A stretch of DNA of 61,796 nucleotides, filler included, from Porpidia crustulata (GCA_964255105.1; 4 parts of 4 records of this genome joined end to end with filler, not necessarily neighbours in it); one strand, 5' to 3'. Shown: positions 35,621 through 54,448, numbered from the whole stretch's first letter. The notes: generated by a model not told the origin, from the sequence alone. A program made the numbers and translations.

Positions 35621-38600
35621 ATGGATGAGGTCGACAGTGCCCCAGAACACAGCAGGGTTTCACTCAGCACTACGAATATAGCCGGACAAGAGGATAAATC
35701 TAGCAGGGTTCTCGGAGGGGACAAGGAAAGTCCAAGCTCAGATAAAAAATGGGTTGAAATCAAGATGGGGGATGTTCCGCGCGTGGACGCCAAAGAACTT
35801 CAAAAAGCGAGTACAAATGGGTTGGGACATGCGTTGGAGTCGACTACGTCCGAGAGACTCAGCCATGAATCGTCGCCGGAGGGGGCGCTGAGTCGATCTT
35901 CAGTTGCTTCGGAAGCACAGCAACCGCCTGTTCCGCCAGCAAAGGACGAAAAGGACCCACGAGAACCAGTGCAATCCTCTCCTGCGGTCATAGGCTCACA
36001 CGTATCTGAGGTCAATGAAATACCATTACAGAACAGACCACGGTCGGATACTCAATCTACGGCAGCAACCACGAATGGACAGAGGTCCGCACCTTTGAGC
36101 TCAATAGTCTTTGTTGTTCAAGCGCTAGAGCAGATCGCATCTTCAAAGGAAGCGCGCAAGAGGAGAGACATAGGGGAAGCTGTGAGCAAAGCTATCGCTA
36201 CTATCAAACAGAAAGACGGCGAGCCGAGTCCCGAAATCATTTTTGATGCACTTCGACTGGCAACGGAGACGAACAGTATACCCCTAACCACGACGTCCCT
36301 TGATTGTATAGGCAAGCTCATTAGCTACTCATATTTCTCGGTACCTCCAATAACTCAAGACCCGAACCCCCCCCCAGGCCAGCGACATCAACCACCCCTC
36401 ATCGAGCGGGCTATTGAGACTATCTGTGACTGTTTTCAGGACGAAGCTACGCCAGTAGAGGTACAACTGCAGATTGTAAAGTCATTGTTAGCGGCGGTAT
36501 TGAATGATAAGATAATCGTGCATGGTGCTGGCTTGTTGAAGGCTGTACGCCAAATATTCAATATATTTTTGCTGTCGAAATCAACCGCGAACCAGCAAGT
36601 GGCCCAAGGCACACTAACACAAATGGTGGATACCGTTTTTGAGAGGGTTCGTACACGACTGGTAATGAAGGAAGCACGTCTGGGCCTCTCTCGGCTGGCT
36701 TCAGAAAAAGGAACAGCAAATGGCAGTCAGGTGGACTTGGATGGCAGTGACCCTGCACTGGAACACAGTGAAACAGATGGTGGCGTTGATGCTGACGATT
36801 CCTCGGAGGCAAACTCAATACCAACTGTGGACCGGCCCGTGCGTAAAGTTCCTGGTGAGAAGCTGACCTTACAAAGCTTAGAAAACGCGAAAGGTTTTGA
36901 TGATGCGAGGATTGGTGATAATGCGCCTACTATGGTTACAAAAGCAAAATCTACTCTCAAGGGGTCGCGAAACACTTCTGGACAGCAAAGGGCTAATGGT
37001 ACCGAGGATCATCCGAGCGAAATATCTGACGAGGACGAAGAAGATGAGATATACGTCAAGGATGCATTTCTCGTGTTCAGATCGATGTGCAGGCTGAGTA
37101 CAAAGCAGCTATCTCAGGATCAGCAGCAAGATATCAAGTCTTCCAACATGAGATCCAAGCTGGTATCTCTTGCCATCATTCGCACTGTTCTTAACAATAA
37201 GATGATCATCTTTACTTCGCCACTAGTCACCATTCGGAGCAGCACAAGTAATGAGCCTACAAGTTTCGGACAGGCAATCAATCATTACCTACGGGTAAGT
37301 CTGAGTAAAAATGGGGCAAGCTCAGTGAAACAAGTTTTCGAGCCTTGTTGTGAGATTTTTTGGCTGATGTTGCGGTATATGCGGGTTATGCTAAAGGTAT
37401 GTGCTCCGTTGGGTAATCGCTTCGCTGCGATCCAGCAGCTAAGTCCTTAGTAGCGCGAAATTGAGCTTTTCTGGATAGAAATATATCTTGCCATCCTTGA
37501 GCGTAAAAATGCTCCAAGTTTCCAGAAGCTTTACGTTATGAAAATTCTAAAGCGATTGGCTTCAGATCCGAAGGCCTTGGTTGAGATGTACTTGAACTAC
37601 GACTGCGAATCGACTGCACTAGATAACATGTTTCAGCGAACCATTGAGCATCTGTCAAGAATAGCCAGCACACCGATGTCGGCGTCCGCGGCACAGCAAC
37701 ACCAATATCAAGAACAAGCCTCGAAAGATACTGATGCTGATCTGGACTGGCATGATCATGGGAGGCTTCCCCCATCATTGACAACTAATAGCCTTAATAC
37801 TCCTTGGAACCATGAATGGGACCTACCAGTAGATTTTTTTCTGAAGCAGCAGGCTCTTGAATGCTTAGTTCGCGCTCAGCGGTCGTTAATCAACTGGTCC
37901 CAAGAAAACCTCGTGGCCACCACAGCTAAGCTACGACAATATGACCACCGGACTTCGTTCGAGGGATTTCGAGGCTCAATTGAGCATGGACGTGGCCCTG
38001 GATCCCCTAGACTATCTACCGATACACCTCTGGCTCCTTCGACGCCGTTGCTTGAAGACGACCCAAACCAATTTGAAAAAGCCAAACAACGCAAGACAGC
38101 TCTTCTAAACGGGATAAGGCAATTTAACTTTAAGCCGAAACGTGGTGTCAAGATTCTGATTGCTGATGGTTTTCTCAAAAGTGACTCTCCAGAAGATATC
38201 GCTAATTTCATCTTACAAAATGATAAGCTAGATAAAGCAATGATCGGCGAGTATCTCGGTGAAGGCGAACCCCATAATGTTGCAATCATGCATGCGTTTG
38301 TGGATTCCATGGAGTTCACCAATCGTCGATTTGTCGATGCTCTGAGACAGTTTCTGCAGAGCTTTCGTTTGCCCGGTGAAGCGCAAAAGATCGATCGCTT
38401 CATGTTAAAATTCGCCGAACGCTATATCACTGGTAACCCACTGGCATTTGCCAATGCTGATACGGCTTATGTCCTAGCATATTCTGTCATCATGTTGAAT
38501 ACAGATCAACATAGCATGAATATAAGAGGAAAGCGCATGACCGTAGAGGATTTTGTTAAGAACAACAGGGGAATTAATGATAGCGCCGATTTGCCAGAAA

Positions 38601-41600
38601 AATACCTTGCCGGCATATACGAAGATATTGCACATAACGAGATTGTCTTGAATACAGAACGAGAAGATGCTGCTGCCATGGGTGTCTTACCGCAGCCAGT
38701 CGCTGGCGGTATTGCCTCTCGGGCCGGCCAAGTCTTCTTAACAGCAACTCGGGATCTCCAGAGAGAAGCATACGCCCAAGCCTCAGAACAGATGTCAAGC
38801 AAAGCAGAGCAGCGACTTCGAAATATGATCAGATCTCAGCGTAAAAATGCCTCGAAGCAAATGCTACCAAAATATGTACCTGCTACATCATATAAGCACG
38901 TAGGTCCTATGTTTGATGTAACCTGGATGTCATTTTTATCCGGCCTATCTGGCCAGATGCAAGATACTCAGAACATAGAGACGATCAGGACTTGCATGGA
39001 AGGTATGAATTTAGCGATTAGGATCGCGTGCTTTTTTGAACTCGAGACACCGAGAGTGGCTTTCGTGACAGCCCTCGCAAAATTCACAAATCTTGGGAAT
39101 CTGCGAGAGATGATGGCGAAGAACCTTGAAGCTTTAAAAGCTCTTGTTGAACTCGCTCAAACTGAGGGTAACCTTCTCAAGAGTTCTTGGCATGACATCT
39201 TGACTTGCGTCAGTCAGCTCGATCGCTTTCAGTTGATCTCGGGCGGAGTCGATGAGGGTGTAGTCCCAGATGTATCAAAGGCCCGCATTGTCCAGCCTGC
39301 AAAAGTAAACTCGATCCCTACAAGGCGACCACTCCAGCTATCTACTCGCCCTCGACAAATACCAAGTGCATCAAACTCGACCTACCAGCTCGATGTGGCT
39401 CAGGAAAGCCGGTCAGCCGATATGATCAAAGCTGTAGATCGCATTTTCACAAGTACAGCGGATCTGTCAGGTGAAGCAATTGTACACTTTGTTCGTGCTC
39501 TTAGCGAGGTCAGTTGGCAAGAAATACAATCCTCCGGGCAAAGCGACTCGCCTCGAACATACAGTCTTCAAAAGCTTGTCGAGATCAGCTACTATAATAT
39601 GACCCGAGTTAAATTTGAGTGGACTAGTATCTGGCAAATTCTAGGCGACCACTTTAATGAGGTGGGATGTCATCCAAACACTAACGTTGTTTTCTTTGCA
39701 TTAGATTCTCTACGGCAATTGTCCATGCGCTTTATGGAGCTTGAAGAGTTACCTGGCTTTAAGTTTCAGAAAGATTTCTTGAAGCCTTTTGAACACGTGA
39801 TGGCCAATAGTTCTTCGGTTACCGTCAAAGACATGGTACTTCGCTGCTTGATTCAGATGATACAAGCACGAGGGGAGAACATTAGGTCGGGATGGAAAAC
39901 CATGTTTGGGGTATTCACATTCGCTGCTCGAGAGCCGTATGGTATATAAAACATTGACGTTCATCTTCTTAGAGTCTGCTAATGGATATCTGCAGAGGCT
40001 GTCGTGAACCTTGCATTTGACCATGTAACCCAGGTCTACAATACACGCTTTGGAGTGATAATATCCCAGGGAGCTTTCGCGGATCTTGTAGTATGCTTAA
40101 CTGAATTCTCGAAGAATCTGAGATTCCAGAAGAAGTCATTAGCTGCTATCGAAACCTTGAAGTCCACCGTCCCTCGAATGCTCAAGACACCCGAATGTCC
40201 CCTTTCACATCGACTTGGCTCGCTTCCGAATGGCCTAGGTCAAGAGAGTGTTATGGTACCACAACAGGTTACCAGACAGACACAAGAGGAGCAATACTGG
40301 TTCCCTGTATTGTTTGCATTCCATGATGTCCTTATGACAGGCGATGATCTTGAAGTGCGATCACAGTAAGTCGTTGGTCATTTGTGGCAAAGCCCCTTTA
40401 ACATAAGCTAGGGCTCTTAACTATTTATTCGAAACTTTGATTAAATATGGTGGAGACTTCCCGTCGGGCTTCTGGGATATTCTATGGCGACAACTTCTCT
40501 ATCCGATTTTCATGGTGCTCAAATCGAAATCTGAGATGTCAAAGGTTTTAAATCATGAAGACCTGTCTGTTTGGCTTTCTACTACGATGATTCAAGCCCT
40601 AAGGAACATGATCACACTCTTTACGCACTACTTCGAGTCTCTAGAGTACATGCTCGATCGGTTTCTAGATTTACTGGCATTGTGCATATGTCAAGAAAAC
40701 GACACGATAGCACGAATTGGGAGCAATTGCTTACAACAGCTAATATTGCAAAACGTCATCAAGTTCCAACCTGAGCATTGGAGCAAGATTGTGGGAAGTT
40801 TTATTGAGCTCTTCGATCGTACGACCGCACATCAGCTTTTCTCCGCAGCTACTTCTTCCTCGGAGTCGTCTTACATTTCTGAGGATGAAGGCATGCGCAG
40901 AGTGACTCCAAGCGATGCCCCTAGCCTAAGCGACTTACCCATAAGCGGCACTCCAGTCGAAGAAACGGTCCCAAATCCACAGACGGTGAGTCTGAAGGTG
41001 GATTCCAGCGCAGTGGTCGGTAATCCAAGCAATGAGTTGGATGGATCTGATGCAATGCGACGGAACCCATCTTCACCTCCAATGCCACCAGCTCCTACTA
41101 ATTCGGAACTTGAAAACTATCGTCAGCAACCTGGCCTTCAGCAACAACCAGTGGAAGTTACTGCCGCTCGCCGTCGTTTCTTCAATAAAATTATCACTCG
41201 GTGCGTACTGCAGCTGCTCATGATAGAAACCGTGAACGAACTGTTTTCGAATGACGCGGTCTATGCACAAATACCAAGCGTCGAGCTTCTGCGTCTGATG
41301 GCGCTCTTGAAAGGTAGCTACTCGTTTGCCAAAAAGTTCAACGATAACAAAGATCTGCGCATGAGGCTATGGCGAGAAGGTTTCATGAAACAACCTCCGA
41401 ATCTGCTGAAGCAAGAAAGTGGTAGCGCTGCTACTTACGTGAGCATACTATTTCGCATGTACCATGACGAAGGTGAAGAGCGTAGGAGGAGTCGACCCGA
41501 TACCGAAGCTGCTCTGATACCGTAAGCCCCCTATATCTCCTATCCGCCTCTTGTCAATCACTGGTTCTGACAACATGATAGTCTATGCGCGGACATCATC

Positions 41601-41921
41601 AGAAGCTTCGTTCTACTCGATGAGACGCAGCCTCGTAATATTGAAGCGTGGAGACCAGTCGTTGTTGATGTGATGGAAGGGTATAACAACTTCCCCAAAG
41701 ACGACTTCGAAAAACACATTGACACCTTTTACCCCCTTGGAGTCGAGCTGCTGAATAGAGAATTAGGCCACGACATCCGATTAGCGCTGCAGGTCCTGCT
41801 GCGGCGGGTTGGGGAGAGTAGGATGGGGATGGAGCCACCCCGAACGCCAGTGCGGACTCCGACTAGCCCTCGAAGTATCTCCTCGGCGTTCTTTGGTCGA
41901 CGGTCAAGCCGTGGAAGGTGA
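35621..41921 (+). CDS. SEC7: Large Arf guanine nucleotide exchange factor Sec7/BIG; 5 exons
   Basis: DCB, HUS (YLNYDC), Sec7 domain FRLPGEAQKIDRFM and YSVIMLNTDQH, HDS domains (FQKDFLKPF, NIRSGWK), PNLLKQE. Introns 37397-37453, 39942-39995, 40366-40411, 41522-41581. Confidence 0.97.
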
Positions 41922-42670
41922 GGACCGTTGTTGGATTTTTGCTAAGTTTCCTCCAGTGTCTGCAGATACCCTCTTGTCTGTTGCAATTTTAGCGTCATTG
42001 TATTGCGAGGTGCATGTACAGTCTGGCAAATCCTTTGAAGGCAAAGGGTTCGTAAATAGATGTCGCTGCTGCTCAAGCAGAAATGTAATTATAGAAGCGT
42101 TCCGAGGGGAAGGAAAGAATTCTTGCTGGGGGTCCGCTTAGTAGTCACCTTGAGCGAAGACTCTCGGAAATTCAGCTACCTCTCTTCCATGATACCGACA
42201 AAATCTGGCTCAAATTCTTCTCTTTGCTATTGTAAGGGAATTGAGACTGGTCTAGTGAGCATTTGAATGCCTTATTGATGACTGGCCTCCGTTCAGCGGC
42301 TTCATGCGCGGTCGATCAGGGTCCAGCCCTAAGTGAGGGGGAAGAGAGCTTGGCGATGACTACCTATTGAGTACTTACCTGACTCGATAGGAATCTAGAC
42401 TGTGTAGAGTAAGAAACAGGACTTCTGCGCCAAGAACTTGGGCGGGATTCAGGAAAGACTCAAATAAAATAACGACATACTTTTGGGTCGTAGCCAACAA
42501 AGTCACCAGATCAATCACCACTATCCAAAACCCGTCTCTCTAGTCAACAACCATTACCCCCCCTCCTCCCCATCTTGCGGACACGATACCTTCTCATGTG
42601 CGCTGGTAGAATTCGCTGTACTGTGAGTAACTCGACGCCATAACACTGCTGCACTTTCAAACCCGTAGCG

Positions 42671-45393
42671 ATGGCCTCTCCGGAAGCCAAGGAGCACCGC
42701 TCTCTCTCGGAGAGATTGAAGCACCCCTTCCCTGAGACTCGTCAAGATCTGAAAGGTTACACCACCCCAAGGAATGCCTACGGTATTGTCTTAGCTGACG
42801 TTACGCCTCGTAGAGACGCCACTTTACAACTTCAAAGTCAAAGCCGCCCATTTCAAAAGTAAGTTGGGCAAGTTCCACAACATCGTCAATCCAAATCACC
42901 GTCACGATGAAGAGCACGAAAAGATTACCGACGAAAAACGCACTCGTATTGCTGGAAGCCATCGATTCGAGTCCTTTGCCCCCGAAAGAGAAGGTAATAA
43001 GATTAAATGGTACGTTGATGGAAGAGACTACTTCTGGGCGGTATCTGTCGCGCTGGAAAAGGCAAAGGAGACCATCTATATAGAAGATTGGTGGTTGAGC
43101 CCTGAGCTTTTTCTGCGGCGACCGCCTTACTACAACCAGGAATGGAGGATCGACCAAGTGCTGAAACGTAAGGCAGAGGCCGGCGTCAAGATATACGTAA
43201 TAGTATACAAGGAAATTGCAGCAACTATCACCTGCAATAGTCTCCATACCAAGCATGCGCTAGACGCGTTATGTCCCCGTGGAACTCCTGGGCACGGGAA
43301 CATCAAAGTAATGAGACATCCAGATCACAATGTCTTCGAAAATGCCTCGGACATGACATTCTACTGGGCCCATCATGAAAAATTCATCGTCATCGATTAC
43401 GCGCTAGCTTTCATTGGAGGCCTGGATCTTTGCTTTGGCCGATGGGATAATCGACAGCATCCGCTTGCAGATGTGCATCCTGCAGGTGTGAGTAATGAGG
43501 TGTTTCCAGGGCAAGACTTCAATAACAATCGTATCATGGATTTCCAAAGCGTAGAAGACTGGAAGAGTAATGAGCTGAGCAAGGCAGAATACGGGCGCAT
43601 GCCTTGGCATGATGTAGCTATGGGCGTGATCGGAGACTGCGTATACGATATTGCAGAGCACTTTGTCCTGCGGTGGAATTTTGTCAAGCGCGATAAATAC
43701 AAGCGAGACGATCACTACGACTGGCTGACATTACAAGGTCGAGAAGGCGATATGGAGGATTTGGTAGGGGTTCAGAGACCCAAATTCCCAATGGGCGACT
43801 ATGTCCATCATCCACTTTCATCACTCGAAACGAAGCCTTGGGCCCACGGACAATCGGGAACCGTGCATGCTCAGATCATTCGAAGTAGTGCCGATTGGAG
43901 TAGCGGCATCTTAACTGAGCATAGCATTCAGAATGCGTACTGCGAGGTGATTAGAAATGCCGAGCACTTTGTCTATATCGAAAATCAATTTTTCATCACG
44001 GCCACTGGCGAGCATCAGGCGCCAGTTCACAATCTAATTGGCAGGGCCATTGTGGATGCAATAGTGAGGGCTGGGAAAGAGGGAAGGAAGTTCCGAGTGA
44101 TCATTGTCATCCCATCAATTCCTGGGTTCGCCGGTGATTTGCGGGATGATGCCGCTGCGGGAACTCGTGCTATCATGGACTACCAATATAAATCACTTCA
44201 TCGGGGAGAGCACTCTATAGCCGAACAGGTCAAGAAAGAAGGCGTTGATCCAAAGCAGCACCTTTTCGTCTTCAACCTCAGATCATACGATCGTCTGAAT
44301 AAGACGCCAGCTATGCAACAGCAGGAAGAAAAATCAGGGGTCAAGTACCAAGAAGTCCAACGAGCTCATGCTGAAGACATCATGGGCGCCGGTGCGCCAA
44401 ACACCACTGGTTCGAAGAATCCACTCAAGCAGGACGACGGTGGGGACGAAGAAAAGGAGAGAAGGGTTGACCAAAAGCGGCGATATGAGGCCGAACGTGA
44501 GCACGTTGGTTTGGGTGATAAAGAAACTACTCGCGAAGATAGCATTGCAAGGACTGCTATGCTCAATGGCGGTAAGGTGTCCGACCAGCTCTGGGAGGGC
44601 GACCCCGAGGAAGAAAAGCAGAATTTCGTGCAGGAGGAGTTGTACATTCACGGGAAGCTATGCATCGTTGATGACCGCATCGCAATCTGTGGAAGCTCCA
44701 ACATCAATGATCGGGTAAGTTCTTGAAGAGATGAGTAGAATCAAGCTGACATTGGCAGTCGCAAATGGGCATTCACGACAGCGAGCTCTCCATTGTGATG
44801 CAGGACACGAACACGTTGGACAGCATGATGGACGGGCAGCCATACCAGGCGGGTCATCATGCGGCGACACTCCGGCGATTCCTCTGGCGAGAACACCTTG
44901 GCCTCCTACCGGCGCAGAAACTTGACGCAAGTGATGACCCGAACGCACAGCCGCCAGATGTCTGTCCGAACGACATCATGGAAGGACCCGAGTATGAATT
45001 TGTTGCTGATCCAATGAGCGATCAGGTGTGGAATATGTGGACGAGCAATGCGACGAGGAACACGGATTTGTTCAGACATCTCTTCCGCGCGGATCCTGAT
45101 GACAACAGTGAGTCGCTATGCAATGCTGATGTTTGGGAGTCTTCCGTGGACGCTGGTATGCTGACATGTCCCTAGTCAAAACCTTTGAAGACTACGCTGC
45201 CTTCTTGCCAAGGCATGACAAATTCAAGCAGGGACATCTTCACGACCCGTACATGCCAGTGGCCGAGGTGCGCCAAGAACTCGATCAGATCAAGGGTCAT
45301 CTGGTGTGGATGCCGCTAGACTTCCTCCGAGACGCGGAAATGGCCGAGAAAGGACTTCAGGTCAACGCGTACACGGAAAGTATCTACACCTAA
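42671..45393 (+). CDS. Phospholipase D (two HKD motifs, no PX/PH domains); 4 exons
   Basis: HHEKFIVID and HGKLCIVDD..GSSNINDRS motifs, DWWLSPE, RMPWHD, IYIEN-type motif. Introns 42756-42813, 44715-44758, 45108-45175. Confidence 0.95.
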
Positions 45394-45790
45394 GATCGGG
45401 GCGATGACGTGGGAGTTGGAGATTTGACAGGAGTTCGGTCTTCGCCAAGGGCTTGGACAGGCTTGGAACGGGGCTCCGGAGCGAAAGCGGGAGAGTATGG
45501 CCAGGCTCGGGAGAGATCCGTTGCGAGCGGTGTATGGGTTGTGAAGATTCGGGAGCCAGGGGCGGCAGGTTGTGTTGGCCGCACCATTGGATGGCGGCGG
45601 GTAGGTGGATTTGGTTGACCGGTGCTGCGGTACGGTGAGGATGTTTCATCACACCGCTGGTACCGCTTTGACTCTCATAATCGTTCACACTGCCGGTTTA
45701 GTCGTAGTCGAGGGAGAGGACGACGAAGAAGCTTTTCGCCCTCGTTTGACTAAAGAGGTTATAATAACATGATTGGCTCCGATGCACAAC

Positions 45791-45818
45791 CCCTGTCCTT
45801 GTCCCTGTCCCTGTCCCT
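45791..45818 (+). repeat. (CCTGTC)n imperfect microsatellite
   Basis: CCCTGTCCTTGTCCCTGTCCCTGTCCC read directly. Confidence 0.75.
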
Positions 45819-46328
45819 TCTTCTGTTCGCTACCGAGGAATCTGAGAGAGGTCCGTGTCCATGTCCCCATGCAGGGCTAGTGACGTGATTTTGCAGATAT
45901 CTCGCATTCTACTTTCGGAATGCGGAATACTCCATCTCTGCATCGACGTCGAATGGTAAGCCGTGTATTCTGGAATGACGATCTATTGCGTGTGTGGATC
46001 AGGCGTCGATTCCGGAATATTCATGGATGCGAGGGCGGTAAGCTCTTCGACTGCTTCTCTCGGCATTTCGTGAGTCAGCAATGAAATGAGATGATAATCG
46101 ATTATTCGGTCGGGTTACACGACACGGCTACCTACCCATGACTACCGATACTACCGATACTACCCTAATTCCTAACCACACAAACCCGGTGTCAGGGTAT
46201 TGACAACGTGCGGGAAGGTTCTTATGGGCATAGCGTGGGAAAGGGAAGAGAGAGGTAGAATGGTGGCTTGCAGCAGAAATAGATGGACCCAAGGAGTCGG
46301 GCTGAGATAGCGTGACACTAACGAACCC

Positions 46329-46428
46329 NNNNNNNNNNNNNNNNNNNNNNNNNNNNNNNNNNNNNNNNNNNNTTAATTAATTAANNNNNNNNNNNNNNNN
46401 NNNNNNNNNNNNNNNNNNNNNNNNNNNN
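46329..46428. other. Artificial contig-joining spacer (44N-TTAATTAATTAA-44N)
   Basis: Identical 100-nt spacer. Confidence 0.99.
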
Positions 46429-47651
46429 CTTTATGGGAGGTGGATTTACGGTATACGGATGTGCTTTATTTATTTTTTTGAGTATGTGCTTGATTTGAGG
46501 GAAGAAGAGATTGTGATGTTTTGTTTTGAGACTGAGGAGGATGAAGGTCGTGCGAGTTTGTGGTTTTTAGATATGGTGATGCTGATGAGGAAGAAGAATA
46601 TTATGGTATGGTGAGCAAATGGTCTGAATGTGGGCTGGTGGGGGATATGGATATGGTTGTGATGTGCCTGTTTGTTCTTTTCAGTGGTGTCATATCAAGA
46701 AAGGTTTGTGCTGATGACTTCCGAGCTCTGTTTACCGTCAATACGGTGGGTATGTCGCGGTAGATGCGTAGAGCGATTAATAGATTTTGCGGAAGGGGGA
46801 CAGTCTTGGGATGTTTAAACGTCGTGGTTTAAAAGTGCGTAATTGAGTAGCTATCAGGATCTTGCAACGACCATGCTCATGTTCATCAGATCTGGAATGA
46901 TGAATGGCTGCAAGCCAAGAACCAGCAGCAGGGAAAACCTACCTAGACTCATATAGTTATTGCTCCCTATTCGTGGCATCTTTACAAGTATGGTCGCCAC
47001 AGAATTGTAGTCGTGATTGACTCATCAACAGAATTGATACCTGATAGGACCAATGATGTCTTGCACTGCTCTACCTATCATGTGGAGCAATTTCTACCGG
47101 CTTGATATTAGCAGAAGTGTCGATTGTTCCGCTGCATATGCAAGGGCAAAAATTGCATTTTCTTTTCAGGGGTGGAGAATTATGGACTGTGTAAGATTTA
47201 CCAAGTTGGAAGTGGAGGCAGATACAAGATTCAACGCGAGACCTTGAAAAATTCTCGTAAAGGGCAGAGCAAATTCAAAGCAAATAGATTCTTAACCGTC
47301 CTCATACTCGGACTTCTTGACCCTCGAATTCGAAGGGTGGATAGAAAAAGCCGAAGAACAATCTTATCAAGATAATCTTGGCTTATTGAAGTACTGGTAT
47401 ATAGACAGTAGTCACTCACACCGCTTCGATACATCGACCAGCGTAGAGGCTCGAAGCACTTGTCTTTCTCCATCTGTTGGCTTTATGAAGATTTCTTCCT
47501 TTCATGCTATAGGTGAGTATTATTTCGAGGATGTTAATTATTCGGTTCATTCGCAGGTTTATAATTCATGGCAAGGTCAAAGTGAGCATGTTCTCCACCA
47601 GATGTCAACTCTACAGCGGCGTGAACGGTGAGTAGGTAGGGCTGGCTGACA

Positions 47652-47663
47652 TATCACGTGATA
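47652..47663. promoter_or_regulatory. Palindromic extended E-box TATCACGTGATA upstream of YCF1
   Basis: Perfect 12-bp palindrome containing the bHLH (Cbf1/SREBP-class) core RTCACGTGAY about 190 bp before the ORF; inverted CCAAT (ATTGG) at 47698-47702. Confidence 0.5.
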
Positions 47664-47850
47664 CCAGGATTGATAAGTAATCCGCCGCGGCGTCATGATT
47701 GGTGACTGAGCGTGGAGCGAACACAAAAAAATTGTAGCCCGCAATCTCGAGATATGATTTCAAAGTTCTACACAACTGATATTGTTGACATCTATGGTCA
47801 TGGCTGTTGGACAATAACGCCATCTTGCTGTCCACCAGCAAGTCTCGGCC

Positions 47851-52933
<5,083 letters not shown>

Positions 52934-54448
52934 AACATCTGTTTTCTGTTGATGTCAATTAGCGCAGGGTGTCTTGTGTAGCTTTGTGGGATACAGCGCT
53001 TGTTTTGGTCACAGATACGTTTAGAAATGCTAAGCCATCCCGAGTTGCATAAGCTTCCGTCTACTCACCCAGTTTTCAAGGTTCAAAAACTGAAACAGCA
53101 CGAGGGAGTGGAAGAGTGGCTGGCGTGAATGGCCTGCGACCCATCTTACTGCAGGATTCCCTGGTGAATGCTGGACGGACTCAGTGGCCCATTTCCTGGT
53201 TTCTTTGATTAGGGCTCGATGCTTAAGGGTGGAAAGTGCAATGATTACGGGCCGGAAGCAGGTATCCATTCCCCGCCCGCTGTCTCTCTCCAGATCTGGT
53301 GGTGGTTGTGTAAGGATGTCTCGGCGCCCTCGATCGTACTACGATCAACCATCAAGCAGGGCCGTTGAATCTTCAGGCTTCTCGCGTGAGGTAGCAACAA
53401 ATGAAGCTTTCGTCGCGATACTGATGCATCTATATGCAAAGCATCGAAAAGAGCCTACATCTGAGCTCTTCCGATACATATCTAGGGAAATGATGCCGTG
53501 TAATTCAACGTTCAACATGCGGATATGCGTCCGAGACTACAATTCGTCAAACAACGTCATTCTCGACACGACCAATCGCCTTAGCTTCCAAACAAGACCC
53601 CAGTCATATGTTCAAAATATTGGCACATCGTCTGCTTCTAGAAGGGTACGTACATTGTGTCTCGCTATTGGCCTCTGTGCTTGGTGGATGCAATTCGGAT
53701 ATATTCCGACTTGGAGATGACAAGGTTAGAACATTCCGATTGGCTGCCGCCTGACTTTTGAGGCCGCAATCTTATATCGGACATGAAGAAGCCTCTTTCC
53801 TGGTCTTGGACAACCTGGCTTCTGATATTTTGTGTGGGGTCTGTGGGAACACAAACCCAGGATTCGCACGCTTAGTCCACCAACTTCAATACCCCACAAC
53901 CATCATTCCATTGCTGTCGGGGCTTGTTCCGGCTCCTACTCCCGAATATTCAGCTTGCACTCGAAGTCGGGACTTACTATCAACTCTTCAGATTGGTCAG
54001 TATAGCTTCAAAGATGGCAGCGATCTTTTGGTGAACCTTTCATGTTCCTTAGAGACTGATACTGGATATTTTCTTTGCAAGCACTCTGAATTTCTGGACA
54101 GCTAGAATGATGTATCATCTCCTACTCTACTTTCACTTTTATTTCACCAAAAGAGTATTCAGAATCTATTGTAGCTCAAGGGACAATGTTGCGCGCTTTG
54201 CTGAGCCCTCCATGACGGTTTTCCATTGCACCCTTGTTAGCTCAGTCAAGTGGTCTCTACCTAGCCTTGCAATTATTCGAACAGCGCGTAGTTCCATTAT
54301 TTCTGGACCATTTACCTTTTTGGGCAGTGCAACTAGCTGACTACCCCAGTACTGAGGCTCAACGCAGTGGCAAATCCAGTAACCATTACCGACAACGCAT
54401 CAAATATCTTGTATATAAAAACAATTATTGATCTGGCTCTCGTACAGT

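Noticed and set aside
25899..41921. Apparent Golgi-trafficking cluster (APL6 plus SEC7)
   Set aside because: Separated by the spacer at 30859-30958; adjacency reflects contig size sorting.
46429..47640. Short overlapping ORFs as a pseudogene or transposon relic
   Set aside because: No transposase/RT motifs, terminal repeats, RIP-like AT enrichment or coherent splice model.
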